DNA from: a virus
Length of the DNA stretch: 64,000 nucleotides
IMG/VR virus record: IMGVR_UViG_3300045988_163643
Span: 32,001 to 96,000 of that record
Reading direction: 5' to 3' (one strand)
Position 1 is the stretch's first letter. Every line of letters starts with the position of its first letter. This document shows positions 25,566 to 34,522 of the stretch, piece after piece. Position numbers and translations under genes: made by a program. The notes below the pieces were generated by a model that worked only from the letters and a program-made list of their open reading frames with translations, searched no databases and was not told the origin of the DNA.

Positions 25566-26426
25566 TTATATTTTTCTTTTTAGATTATATACAGAATATA
25601 CATTTGCTTTTATATTCATATTATTTAATAAACCTTTGATTTGTTTTTCACTTAATTCAATTCCAGTTTCAAGTTCAAAGTTTTTGATTTTATCTGCAAC
25701 ATAAGAATTATATAAAGAAGTAGTTGATATTCCTTCAACATCTATTCTTCTTAATATTCTATTTATTTTATCTCTACCTGCATTTTCTTTAATCTTATCT
25801 AATCCGTCATTATTAAATTTATTTTTTCTATTTTTCCATAGATATGAATTATTTTCATTATAGTAGTAGTAATCATAATTACTTTTTTCTTTAACATACA
25901 TTTTATATCCACGTTCTTTGGATGCTTTATCAATTATTCCCATAGTATAATCATCTAAAGTTATAGTTTTATCTTCTAATTTTATTTCATTTCTATCAAC
26001 ATTAATATCATTCATTTTTATATTAATGATTTCTTCACCTTTTAATCCATTTCTTAATAATAGTACTATAGCTTTATCTAAATAATTTTCAAATATATTA
26101 ACACCCATTATAACTTCTTCATAAGGGATATATCTTAATGTTCCATTTTCTATATCTAATAAATCATTTTTATTTATATCTCTATATACTTTATTTCCTA
26201 TAAAGATTAAATATTTCTTTAATAAACTCCATTTAACTGCTAATGTATTATATTTTCTACAGTCTAAAGAAGATAACATATTTAAACAATCTTCTTTACT
26301 CCAATCTTCTATTGTTCTGTTTATTGTTGTTTCATGTGCTTCTATATTTTTGAACAATGTAATATATGATTTTCTAGTACTTTCACTCATTTCTTTTTCT
26401 TTTAAAAATCTACTTATATTATTCAT
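25566..26426 (-). CDS. tyrosine-recombinase-fold protein lacking the H-x-x-R and His catalytic residues
   Basis: 286-aa ORF with SAM-like N-domain (KWSLLKKYLIFIGNK) and LLLRNGL (Arg I kept). ISTTSLYNSYV stands where HxLRH is expected. Confidence 0.6.
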   Translation of the reverse strand: MNNISRFLKEKEMSESTRKSYITLFKNIEAHETTINRTIEDWSKEDCLNMLSSLDCRKYNTLAVKWSLLKKYLIFIGNKVYRDINKNDLLDIENGTLRYIPYEEVIMGVNIFENYLDKAIVLLLRNGLKGEEIINIKMNDINVDRNEIKLEDKTITLDDYTMGIIDKASKERGYKMYVKEKSNYDYYYYNENNSYLWKNRKNKFNNDGLDKIKENAGRDKINRILRRIDVEGISTTSLYNSYVADKIKNFELETGIELSEKQIKGLLNNMNIKANVYSVYNLKRKI

Positions 26427-26443
26427 AACATTCTCTCCTTTTA

Positions 26444-27325
26444 TTAATTATTTGCCTTTTGTTTGGTCATATTTCTAATATCATAAACATTTTTAGTGAT
26501 ACCAAATTCATATTTTAAATAATCCCTTAATTCACTTTGAGTTAAATTTCTTTCTATTTTATGTTGATGTTCAATTACTTTATCAACTACATGACTAAGG
26601 GTAAGGTTACTTAATATGATAGTGTTATCATTTAATTCTTCTTTTATTTTTTGAAGTCTACCTCTCATGCCACTTATTTTTAAGTGTGATAATCCATCAT
26701 TAGTCCATTTAGTTCTTCTAGTCTTAAATAAATATTCACTATCCATATTATATACTATTATTTTTTCATAACTTCCTAATGCTACATATTCTTTTTCTTC
26801 TGTTGCTCTTTTAACTAGATACATTGTATAGTCGTCTATTTTCTTATTATATATCATATTTCTTTTAAAATCAATATCTTTTACTTTTAATTTTACTAAA
26901 TCTTCTGCTTCAAATTTCATTCCTATACCATTTCTAGCTAAAAACAATAAAGCTTTATCAGAATAGTTTTCTAATTTGCTAACTAATTTTATTAAATCTT
27001 CTTTATAAATATATCTTTTTTCTTCATATTCTTTATTGATTTCTATGATTTTATTCAAATCTTTTTTTGTAATTAATTTTATATTTTTATTTCCTATGAA
27101 GTCATAATATCTTTTTAATAAACTCCATTTGCTATTGATAGAATTATATGTACCCTTATCTATGCAATGATTAAGTAATAATGTAAATTCTTCTTTAGTT
27201 TCAATATCTTCTATGTTTTTATTCAATACTTTTTCTAATTCTGTCATTTTTGTAAATAAACCTTCATACATGTTATATGTATTTTCATTATTAATTGTTG
27301 CTAAAAATATTTCTCTACACTTCAT
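26444..27325 (-). CDS. paralogous degenerate tyrosine-recombinase-fold protein
   Basis: Track ORF is 26444..27334. ATG 27325 is 9 nt after AAGGAG. KWSLLKRYYDFIGNK, FLARNGI, and LTLSHVV in place of HxxR. Confidence 0.6.
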   Translation of the reverse strand: MKCREIFLATINNENTYNMYEGLFTKMTELEKVLNKNIEDIETKEEFTLLLNHCIDKGTYNSINSKWSLLKRYYDFIGNKNIKLITKKDLNKIIEINKEYEEKRYIYKEDLIKLVSKLENYSDKALLFLARNGIGMKFEAEDLVKLKVKDIDFKRNMIYNKKIDDYTMYLVKRATEEKEYVALGSYEKIIVYNMDSEYLFKTRRTKWTNDGLSHLKISGMRGRLQKIKEELNDNTIILSNLTLSHVVDKVIEHQHKIERNLTQSELRDYLKYEFGITKNVYDIRNMTKQKANN

Positions 27326-27426
27326 ATATACCACTCCTTTTATATTTTATCTATATTATAGACAAATTTTAGAAGGGATATACAAAATGATAAAGATTTT
27401 TTTATTTTTTTATCTTATTTACTTAT

Positions 27427-27455
27427 ATTATACTATTGTTCTTATTAAAAGTCAA
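27427..27455 (-). promoter_or_regulatory. class I cassette promoter
   Basis: TTGACT-17-TATAAT. Drives the two degenerate recombinase genes. Confidence 0.65.
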
Positions 27456-27463
27456 TAAAAAAA

Positions 27464-27481
27464 GAGAGAAAATTTTCTCTC
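27464..27481 (-). terminator. cassette terminator
   Basis: GAGAGAAAATTTTCTCTC palindrome plus a U-run. Confidence 0.7.
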
Positions 27482-27491
27482 ATTTTAAAAT

Positions 27492-28424
27492 TTATAAATC
27501 AAATATATTTATTTTTTCCATAGATTCTTGTATATCCTTACGTTGTTGGATGTAGTATTTCATTGATGTATTGATTGTCGAGTGTCCAAGCGTATCCTTT
27601 ATTTCTTGTAAAGTGATATTTGGATTTTCTCCCATTTTTGTACCTATTGTATGTCTTACATTATGAAAATGAACTCTAGGAACTCCAGCTATGTCACAAC
27701 AGTCATACCAAATTTTTCTTATGCCTTGCGTTTTTAATTGATTAAAATTTCTATCTGTAAGCAAATATTCTCTATTTGGGTTATATGATACTAATTCTTT
27801 TATAAGTTCAACAACTTCATTATTACAATTTGTGCTACGACCAATACGACCCTTGTTACCTTTAGAACGCACCATTATTTTATTATTATCTTCTAATTTT
27901 AAATCTTCTATTTTTATTCTACTCATTTCTCCAATTCTTAATGCAGTTGAAAATACTAATTTTACAATTACTTTATTTCTTAAATTTATATAATTACCAT
28001 GACAATTAAATTCTTCTTTATCTGTTGCTTGTAATATTGCTCTTATAATATCGTCATTAAATGCTTTATCTCCTTTATAATCATTTTCCCCTTTTTCATT
28101 AATCTTAGGAAATCTATATAGGCAATTGTCTTTTAAAAATTCTTCATTGACTAGAAAATTATAAAAACTACTCATTTGTTTTATTTTTTTATTTATTGTT
28201 GCTATTGAAATATCATCTTCATCTTTTTGTTTATTAATCCAATTAAACCAAAACTCCTTATCCATATTAATGAATTCACTAACTTCATTTATTTTTTCAT
28301 CTTTAACAAATTTTTGTAGTGTACTAACATAACTTTTAATTGTAGCTTCGCTTTTGTTTAATAAATTTAAATATTTTACATATTTAAATACACAATTATC
28401 CATACTCATATTTTTATCTAACAC
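27492..28424 (-). CDS. tyrosine recombinase / integrase (XerC/D-like), catalytic residues intact
   Basis: FSTALRIGE (Arg I), HFHNVRHTIGT (HxxR), LGHSTINTSMKYY (His, Tyr). Start is GTG 28424 (9 nt after AAGGAG) or 28433/28409. Confidence 0.85.
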   Translation of the reverse strand: MLDKNMSMDNCVFKYVKYLNLLNKSEATIKSYVSTLQKFVKDEKINEVSEFINMDKEFWFNWINKQKDEDDISIATINKKIKQMSSFYNFLVNEEFLKDNCLYRFPKINEKGENDYKGDKAFNDDIIRAILQATDKEEFNCHGNYINLRNKVIVKLVFSTALRIGEMSRIKIEDLKLEDNNKIMVRSKGNKGRIGRSTNCNNEVVELIKELVSYNPNREYLLTDRNFNQLKTQGIRKIWYDCCDIAGVPRVHFHNVRHTIGTKMGENPNITLQEIKDTLGHSTINTSMKYYIQQRKDIQESMEKINIFDL

Positions 28425-28458
28425 ATCAACCACTCCTTTTATTTATTTATCTATAATA

Positions 28459-28487
28459 ATTATAACAGGTTATTTATATAGTGTCAA
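28459..28487 (-). promoter_or_regulatory. promoter of the intact integrase
   Basis: TTGACA-17-TATAAT. Confidence 0.6.
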
Positions 28488-28490
28488 GTA

Positions 28491-28652
28491 TTATCTAAAA
28501 ACTCTTTTGATTTTTATATTTCTTTCTTTGCAATAAGGACAATATGATATTTCTACTTTATAAATTTTATCTTCTGTGTATAATTTGTAATATGTTTTAT
28601 CTTTTGCAATATAAGTTACTAAACAATCTTTACACCTTCTAATACCAAACAC
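28491..28652 (-). CDS. mini zinc-ribbon protein (53 aa)
   Basis: GGAGTGGTGA SD then GTG, giving FGIRRCKDCLVTY...ISYCPYCKERN. Below the track cutoff. Confidence 0.45.
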   Translation of the reverse strand: MFGIRRCKDCLVTYIAKDKTYYKLYTEDKIYKVEISYCPYCKERNIKIKRVFR

Positions 28653-28736
28653 CTAATCACCACTCCTTATTATTTATTTTTATACTTATAATATACTATT
28701 ACTCTTATATAAAGTCAATAGAAATTCATAAAAAAA

Positions 28737-28756
28737 CTAGAGAAAATTTTCTCTAG
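28737..28756 (-). terminator. cassette terminator
   Basis: CTAGAGAAAATTTTCTCTAG palindrome plus a U-run. Confidence 0.7.
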
Positions 28757-29163
28757 TCATTTTGTTTTAATAAATCTTTATTTTCGTATATATTCCCTAC
28801 CACTTCAACTTCGTAAAAACACATGCAACCGTATAAACTGTCTTCCCATTCTCCTTCCTTAATTAAAAGATATTCCCCCATATCAATATCATATTTTACA
28901 TACAAATTAATTGTCTCACCATCAGATTTAACTTTTAATATATCTCCTTCATATATTTCTTTTCCATTTTTATCTTTTAAATTTGTATATTGTCCAACGG
29001 TTTCAGGGTCTACTTTTGTAAAATCAATATATGATATTTCCGAATCATATTGCACAATATATACTTTTTTTTCATCTCTTTTAACATATCCACCATATAC
29101 AAAAGGCATTCTTACTTCCATAAGACCTTCTATTGGTTTCCCTCTAAATTTTATTTCTCTCAT
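28753..29163 (-). CDS. YopX-family protein
   Basis: MREIKFRGK..VGQYTNLKDKNGKEIYEGDILKV. Start moved to ATG 29163 (GGAGGGTGA SD). Confidence 0.85.
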   Translation of the reverse strand: MREIKFRGKPIEGLMEVRMPFVYGGYVKRDEKKVYIVQYDSEISYIDFTKVDPETVGQYTNLKDKNGKEIYEGDILKVKSDGETINLYVKYDIDMGEYLLIKEGEWEDSLYGCMCFYEVEVVGNIYENKDLLKQND

Positions 29164-29181
29164 ATTTATCACCCTCCAATT

Positions 29182-29718
29182 TTAATACTCTCCTAAATCT
29201 TCTTTTAGATTTTTTATTATTTTCTCAATAGATGCTAATTCTTTTATTTTTTCTTCTCTTTCATTTTTTAATTCATTCATTCTTTTCTTTTTATAACAAA
29301 TTTCTAATCCAATTTTAGGATTGAAAATATCATCTTCATGACATCTAGCAGTGAAGACATTGAAATCTTCAGCTATCGCTATTACTTCAGGATTATTTAC
29401 TATTAACACTTTAATCCCAAAAGATTTTAAAAGACTACAAGAATCATTGGCATCTTGTCTATATATTTCCATTTTATTATTTTTTGTTATAGGCTCTAAC
29501 ATACTCTTGCTAAAGCAATATGGATTATAATAATCATCCGAATCAAGTTTTATTATATATCTAATGCGTTCTTCGTTTCTTGATATCCTTACAATTTCTC
29601 CCACTTTGCCTAAAGTATCCTTCATATCACTTATAAATTTACATCCATCATCGTAAAATGTATCAACTATTAAGTCGTTTTTAACTCTTATTTTATCTCC
29701 AATTTTGAATTTTTCCAT
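29182..29718 (-). CDS. hypothetical protein with N-terminal SH3-like module
   Basis: 178-aa ORF with FKIGDKIRVKNDL..YDDG..M..GEIV. Confidence 0.65.
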   Translation of the reverse strand: MEKFKIGDKIRVKNDLIVDTFYDDGCKFISDMKDTLGKVGEIVRISRNEERIRYIIKLDSDDYYNPYCFSKSMLEPITKNNKMEIYRQDANDSCSLLKSFGIKVLIVNNPEVIAIAEDFNVFTARCHEDDIFNPKIGLEICYKKKRMNELKNEREEKIKELASIEKIIKNLKEDLGEY

Positions 29719-29739
29719 TTTATCATCTCCTTTAAATTT

Positions 29740-30312
29740 TTAATATAATTCCAAATATTTATGTTTTATTTTTTTTATTGCTCTATTGAAAATTTGATTT
29801 ACATTTTGTTTTGATAAATGTAAAATATTACCCATTTCCTCAAAAGTATAACCAGCTAAAAATAATCTTATAATTTGCCCACTTCTTTCACTTATTAAAT
29901 CTGCACATTTTATTATTTCTTTAATTAAATCTTTTTTATACATAGTTTCTACAACTTCATTTTCTAAATCATAATCATATTCTATTAATTCTAATAATGT
30001 TTTACTTTCTTCTTCATGTACAATTTTTCTATCTAAACTATCAACTATTGAATCTCCTTTTCTTTTCATTGTATTTTTATTTTGATAAAATTTTTTACAA
30101 CTCCATTTAATAGAATTTTCTATAAAAACAGATTTTCCCATTACTTCATCTAATTTATCAAGGTCTTTTAATAAGTTCAATGTTATTTCTGATTTTAAGT
30201 CCTCAAGACTAAAATAATTATTTTTTGCATTACCATAATAAAACATTCTCGCATATTTATCTATCAGCATTTCATAATCATTAATTATATTAACCTTTAA
30301 TTCATTATTCAT
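29740..30312 (-). CDS. sigma-70-family (ECF-like) factor
   Basis: Region 4 HTH SGQIIRLFLAGYTFEEMGNILHLSKQNVNQIFNRAIKKIK. ATG 30312 is 9 nt after GGAGA. Confidence 0.65.
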   Translation of the reverse strand: MNNELKVNIINDYEMLIDKYARMFYYGNAKNNYFSLEDLKSEITLNLLKDLDKLDEVMGKSVFIENSIKWSCKKFYQNKNTMKRKGDSIVDSLDRKIVHEEESKTLLELIEYDYDLENEVVETMYKKDLIKEIIKCADLISERSGQIIRLFLAGYTFEEMGNILHLSKQNVNQIFNRAIKKIKHKYLELY

Positions 30313-30337
30313 ATACACACATCTCCATTTATAATTT

Positions 30338-30592
30338 TTATTTTTCTAATATGTACTCTACTACACAGTATTCTCCTCCTAATAAAGTAGCATACTTAAC
30401 TTTATAGCCTTCTGATAATTTATTTTCCAATTCTTCATAACCATATTTATTGGTTCTGACCACAATCTGACTAGCATTTTTATTTTCTTTTATTGTTTCA
30501 TCACTTGTTTTTATAGGTGAAACTTCTTTTGATTTATAACCAAATACATCAAATCCATAATCATGATTATATAAATCTTTTTCAAAATCCAT
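30338..30592 (-). CDS. hypothetical protein
   Basis: 84-aa ORF with AAAGGGG SD. Confidence 0.55.
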   Translation of the reverse strand: MDFEKDLYNHDYGFDVFGYKSKEVSPIKTSDETIKENKNASQIVVRTNKYGYEELENKLSEGYKVKYATLLGGEYCVVEYILEK

Positions 30593-30625
30593 TTTATCAA
30601 CCCCTTTATTATCTTATTTACTTAT

Positions 30626-30654
30626 ATTATACTATTATTCTTATTAAAAGTCAA
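30626..30654 (-). promoter_or_regulatory. class I cassette promoter
   Basis: TTGACT-17-TATAAT. Confidence 0.65.
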
Positions 30655-30670
30655 TACTAATTTAAAAAAA

Positions 30671-30692
30671 TTAAGGAGAAATTTCTCCTTAA
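30671..30692 (-). terminator. cassette terminator
   Basis: TTAAGGAGAAATTTCTCCTTAA plus a U-run. Confidence 0.7.
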
Positions 30693-30922
30693 TCTTCTTC
30701 AACAGTAAGTTTTGCATTAGGCATAAGAATTAAAACTAAAAACCAGAACAATCCATTCAGTCCGTTATTATCATTTAGCATAGGTGCTAGCCAACTCAAC
30801 CAAGGGATACCACTGACATTTGCATTAGTTATATCTAAAATCCAAATTATGTAAATTGCCATTTTAACTAAACTAACTAAAGTATTAAATACAAAACATA
30901 TAAAAATATTTCTATATCTCAT
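30689..30922 (-). CDS. membrane protein
   Basis: Track ORF is 30689..30937. ATG 30922 is 9 nt after GGAG. Two or three hydrophobic helices. Overlaps the end of the upstream gene. Confidence 0.5.
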   Translation of the reverse strand: MRYRNIFICFVFNTLVSLVKMAIYIIWILDITNANVSGIPWLSWLAPMLNDNNGLNGLFWFLVLILMPNAKLTVEED

Positions 30923-31301
30923 TTTCATCTTCTCCAATCTCCTTTAAATATTCTCCAAATTTAATAAAAACTTTTAAATCTCTTAAAGATTCATCAATAT
31001 AATTAGAAGTTTTTATATTTACCTTTTCTAATTTTTCATTTTCACATCGTAATTTATCTATTTCATATTTAATCCTATCACCCTTCTCATCAATTGATTC
31101 ACAATAATATACATCAATTACATATGGAACTTTATAATCAACTCTAACTTTCAATCCTTCTATTTTTCCATTTACAATATGATTTTGTAAACGTCTAAAG
31201 GCTTCTATACCTAGTGTAACCTTATTGCAACGTTTACTATGTGACATATTATATAATTTAATATTCACTACTAATTCATCATAATAACTATATTCCTTCA
31301 T
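30912..31301 (-). CDS. hypothetical protein
   Basis: 129-aa ORF with a coiled-coil C-half. Confidence 0.55.
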   Translation of the reverse strand: MKEYSYYDELVVNIKLYNMSHSKRCNKVTLGIEAFRRLQNHIVNGKIEGLKVRVDYKVPYVIDVYYCESIDEKGDRIKYEIDKLRCENEKLEKVNIKTSNYIDESLRDLKVFIKFGEYLKEIGEDENEI

Positions 31302-31313
31302 ACTATCACCATC

Positions 31314-32099
31314 CTAATCATTAAATTTGAAAGATACTTTCATATCAGCTTTAGTGCAAGTGGCTTGAGCATTATATTTTTTATTTAATAAATTATATTT
31401 TATTGTATATTTGTTACATCCTAAAGTTTTACAAGCTATTAAATAATTGTCAAATACTTTATGATAACCATCGTTATTAAATACAATTACTTCTTTATCT
31501 TCTATTTTATCATTTTCATCTTCATAATCATATTCATTAATACTTAATTCTTCTTTATTTTTTATTAATTCTTTTCTTAATTTTATTATTAGTTGTTGAA
31601 CTCTTTGTTTACTTATTCCCATTTTACTACCTATTTCCTCGTAGTTATAACCATTCATAAGCATTATAGCTATATCATATAATCTTTTATCTTTTAAAGT
31701 TTTAATATAATTTAATATTTCATTTCTATAAATACCAGTAAAATCATCTAATCTTCCAACAGTTCTATCTCTAACTTTTTCAGTATCTTCGTCCATACCT
31801 TCGTTTTCATGTATTTTTTTCTCTCCACCTTTTTGGACATATTTATATAAATCATTATTAATAAAACTTAGCATTTTATTTCTAATTGATTTAACTGCTA
31901 AAGTACTAAGTTTTCCTTTACTTTCATCATAAGATTTAATTACACTATATAAAGTTATCATTCCGACTTGTCTTAAGTCAGCATATACATCATATTCAGT
32001 TATTGTAGTATAGAAAAATCTTTGTATTACCCAATCTACTAAATTTTCATTTTCCATTAACATTTCTTCTATTCTTATTTCATTTTCAAATTTTTCCAT
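31314..32099 (-). CDS. sigma-70-family factor with C-terminal NUMOD1-like HTH extension
   Basis: DLRQVGMITLYSVIKSYD (region 2). DIAIMLMNGYNYEEIGSKMGISKQRVQQLIIKLRKEL (region 4). C-terminal VIVFNNDGYHKVFDNYLIACKTLGCNKYTIKYNL. Confidence 0.7.
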   Translation of the reverse strand: MEKFENEIRIEEMLMENENLVDWVIQRFFYTTITEYDVYADLRQVGMITLYSVIKSYDESKGKLSTLAVKSIRNKMLSFINNDLYKYVQKGGEKKIHENEGMDEDTEKVRDRTVGRLDDFTGIYRNEILNYIKTLKDKRLYDIAIMLMNGYNYEEIGSKMGISKQRVQQLIIKLRKELIKNKEELSINEYDYEDENDKIEDKEVIVFNNDGYHKVFDNYLIACKTLGCNKYTIKYNLLNKKYNAQATCTKADMKVSFKFND

Positions 32100-32131
32100 C
32101 TTTAATTTCCCCCATTCTTTATTATATAATA

Positions 32132-32160
32132 ATTGTATTACATTTTTTATTCATTGTCAA
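32132..32160 (-). promoter_or_regulatory. promoter of sigma gene 31314..32099
   Basis: TTGACA-17-TACAAT. Confidence 0.6.
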
Positions 32161-32188
32161 CAATTATCACCAACTTTATTTTTATTTT

Positions 32189-32938
32189 TTATTTATCTTC
32201 CCACATGAAGTTTATTTTCTTATTCAAAGTTTTACTTTTAGCACTTTTCCTTAATCCTTGACATATTTTCCTAATAGAGTTCTTATCAATACCTAATTCA
32301 TCACTAGCCATTTGGAGATTATCATATTTTTTATAAAATTTTTCATCTATAAAAGCTATAACACCACCTTTACTTTTTCTAATTTCATATCTTATATTGA
32401 AATTTTCTTTTAAGTTTTCTTTTATAAATAATATTTTTTTATTTATAATACGATAATTCTTATTTAATATTCCACTTATCTCCTTTCCATTGTATCCTCT
32501 TAACATATAACAAAATACTATATAATAATCTTCACCTAATTTCTTTACGTATTTTAAATATGCTTCAATATATAAAGTTGTTTCATCGTCATAACTACCT
32601 AAAATATCTTCAAGAGTTAATTTTTTATCTTCTTCATTATGTATAACTTCATTAAGTGATAAAATATTTTTACTATTTATTGTATATTTACTTCTAATGT
32701 AGGTTATAATAGAATTATAGATACATTTACTACAATAGCAGATAAAGGATTTTTCATTATCTATATTATCAATAGGTTTATAAGAAGTATATGCTTTTAC
32801 AATAGCCATTCTACCTTCTTGTAATAAATCATCATAATCATTACTATAAATAAAATTCGAAAAATGCCTTTTAATATTGGATTTAATTAGATATTCATAT
32901 TTAATTATAACTTCATTTAAATCAACTGTACTATCCAT
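32189..32938 (-). CDS. sigma-70-family factor with C-terminal NUMOD1-like HTH extension
   Basis: Start ATG 32938 (AGGGGGA SD). DLLQEGRMAIVKAYTSY (region 2), MLRGYNGKEISGILNKNYRIINKKI (region 4), VIAFIDEKFYKKYDNLQMASDELGIDKNSIRKICQG. Confidence 0.65.
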   Translation of the reverse strand: MDSTVDLNEVIIKYEYLIKSNIKRHFSNFIYSNDYDDLLQEGRMAIVKAYTSYKPIDNIDNEKSFICYCSKCIYNSIITYIRSKYTINSKNILSLNEVIHNEEDKKLTLEDILGSYDDETTLYIEAYLKYVKKLGEDYYIVFCYMLRGYNGKEISGILNKNYRIINKKILFIKENLKENFNIRYEIRKSKGGVIAFIDEKFYKKYDNLQMASDELGIDKNSIRKICQGLRKSAKSKTLNKKINFMWEDK

Positions 32939-32974
32939 TTTCAATCCCCCTATCATTCTTATTTACTTACTTAT

Positions 32975-33003
32975 ATTATACTATTTTTCTTATTAAAAGT
33001 CAA
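32975..33003 (-). promoter_or_regulatory. class I cassette promoter
   Basis: TTGACT-17-TATAAT. Confidence 0.65.
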
Positions 33004-33018
33004 TAATAAAAAATAAAA

Positions 33019-33038
33019 AAGGAGAAAATTTTCTCCTT
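33019..33038 (-). terminator. cassette terminator
   Basis: AAGGAGAAAATTTTCTCCTT plus a U-run. Confidence 0.7.
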
Positions 33039-33044
33039 ATAAAT

Positions 33045-33359
33045 TTATAAATAAGTTATTTCTAATCCTAAATTTTTAGCAACCCCAATAATTTGATAAA
33101 CTTCCTCATCTCTCTCAGGAAGTACATAAACTTCGTCAGCAAAGGTTAATATTTTTAATGAATAATTTATCAATTCATCCTTGTCAATGTCCTTAGAAAG
33201 CCAACCAACGGCTTTCAATGGACTTATATATAATATATGTTTTCTTCCATTTTTCAAATCATCCCTAATCAATTCCCTAATTAAGGATTCTATTGCTTTT
33301 TCTTGTCCCTCAGTATTACTACCCGTAATAAATATAACCTTATAATCATCTAATTTCAT
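33045..33359 (-). CDS. DUF4406 / nucleoside 2-deoxyribosyltransferase-like protein (tentative)
   Basis: 104-aa ORF with KVIFITGS..ILYISP..FADEVYVLPE..AKNLGLEITYL pattern. TAATG overlap with the upstream gene. Confidence 0.4.
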   Translation of the reverse strand: MKLDDYKVIFITGSNTEGQEKAIESLIRELIRDDLKNGRKHILYISPLKAVGWLSKDIDKDELINYSLKILTFADEVYVLPERDEEVYQIIGVAKNLGLEITYL

Positions 33360-34024
33360 TATTTATCCTCCCCTTGTAAATTATTAGTTTTAAATCTTAT
33401 TAATTTCATTGCCATATTGTCAAGATGTTGAAATGATTCTCTTAATGTTTTAGAAAAATATTGTTCTTTTCCTAATTCTTTTTCTCCTAATTTAACTACA
33501 CTACCAACAAAATCAGTCTCTTCAAGTTTTTCATTTTCATCTAAACAATTTACCATTTTATTATATGAAACATCTGTCATAATTAATACTTCTTTATATT
33601 GTATTTCAAATACTAATTTCCATTTTCTTTTATCTTCAGTTCCATTTTTATTAATTTTAAGAGTTAGATAATCATTTACTTTATCTTTTATAGGTAAAAT
33701 TTCTATTAAACTTCTTTCAACAGATTTTTGTATATTATTATATGTTCTATATATATTACTATCATTTTCCATATTTCTCATTAACCATTTTTCATGAGCC
33801 TTAACATGACAAACACCAAACATTATATTAAGTGAATGGAATAACCATTTATTTTCTTTTTTACTTTGGTTTATTATTATTCTTATTTTAGATTTAAAGC
33901 TATTTTCTTTTGCTATTCTTCTTGTACCTTGATTACCATGTTGTTTATATTCTTCATAACTATCTAATTTTCTATAATCTCTTTCTTCTTTTACATTTAC
34001 ATTAGTTTCTAATTCTTTTTTCAT
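33359..34024 (-). CDS. hypothetical protein
   Basis: 221-aa ORF with AAAGGGGAG SD. Confidence 0.6.
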   Translation of the reverse strand: MKKELETNVNVKEERDYRKLDSYEEYKQHGNQGTRRIAKENSFKSKIRIIINQSKKENKWLFHSLNIMFGVCHVKAHEKWLMRNMENDSNIYRTYNNIQKSVERSLIEILPIKDKVNDYLTLKINKNGTEDKRKWKLVFEIQYKEVLIMTDVSYNKMVNCLDENEKLEETDFVGSVVKLGEKELGKEQYFSKTLRESFQHLDNMAMKLIRFKTNNLQGEDK

Positions 34025-34053
34025 AACTATTCTCCCCTTTTTATAATTTATTT

Positions 34054-34425
34054 TTATTTTTTACTTTTACTTTTATCCTTTAATTCTGATTCTTTTTCTT
34101 TTTCAGCTTTTTTTGATTTTTTAAGTTCTTCAAAATAAATTGGTAATATTTGTTTCATTTTTTTTCTAAATTCTTTTGCAAAATATTCTTTAATTTCTTT
34201 AACTTCTTTTTCTATTTCTTTAGGTATTTCATCACTTACATCAACATCTTTTAATATATCAAGATGTAATTTTCCAAAGTCATTATTATATCTTGCACTT
34301 TCTGCCCTAGTTTCGCTAAATCTAACTAGGTATTTATTTGTATATTCTTCGTTAAAACAGTATTTATATGCATCGACTTGTCTGTCAACAAAGTTATCTA
34401 ATTTTTCTTTATCACTTTTTTTCAT
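34054..34425 (-). CDS. hypothetical Lys/Glu-rich protein
   Basis: 123-aa ORF with AAAGGGAGAG SD. Confidence 0.55.
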   Translation of the reverse strand: MKKSDKEKLDNFVDRQVDAYKYCFNEEYTNKYLVRFSETRAESARYNNDFGKLHLDILKDVDVSDEIPKEIEKEVKEIKEYFAKEFRKKMKQILPIYFEELKKSKKAEKEKESELKDKSKSKK

Positions 34426-34491
34426 AACTATCTCTCCCTTTTTATAATTTATTATATTTTAATTTTATTTTTTTATTTCTTATTTACTTAT

Positions 34492-34520
34492 ATTATACTA
34501 TCATTCTTATTAAAAGTCAA
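34492..34520 (-). promoter_or_regulatory. class I cassette promoter
   Basis: TTGACT-17-TATAAT. Confidence 0.65.
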
Positions 34521-34522
34521 TA

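Noticed and set aside
25566-27325. Calling all three recombinase-fold genes active integrases (a recombinase-in-trio element).
   Set aside because: By eye the two downstream paralogs lack the H-x-x-R and second His. Only 27492..28424 has the full catalytic set.
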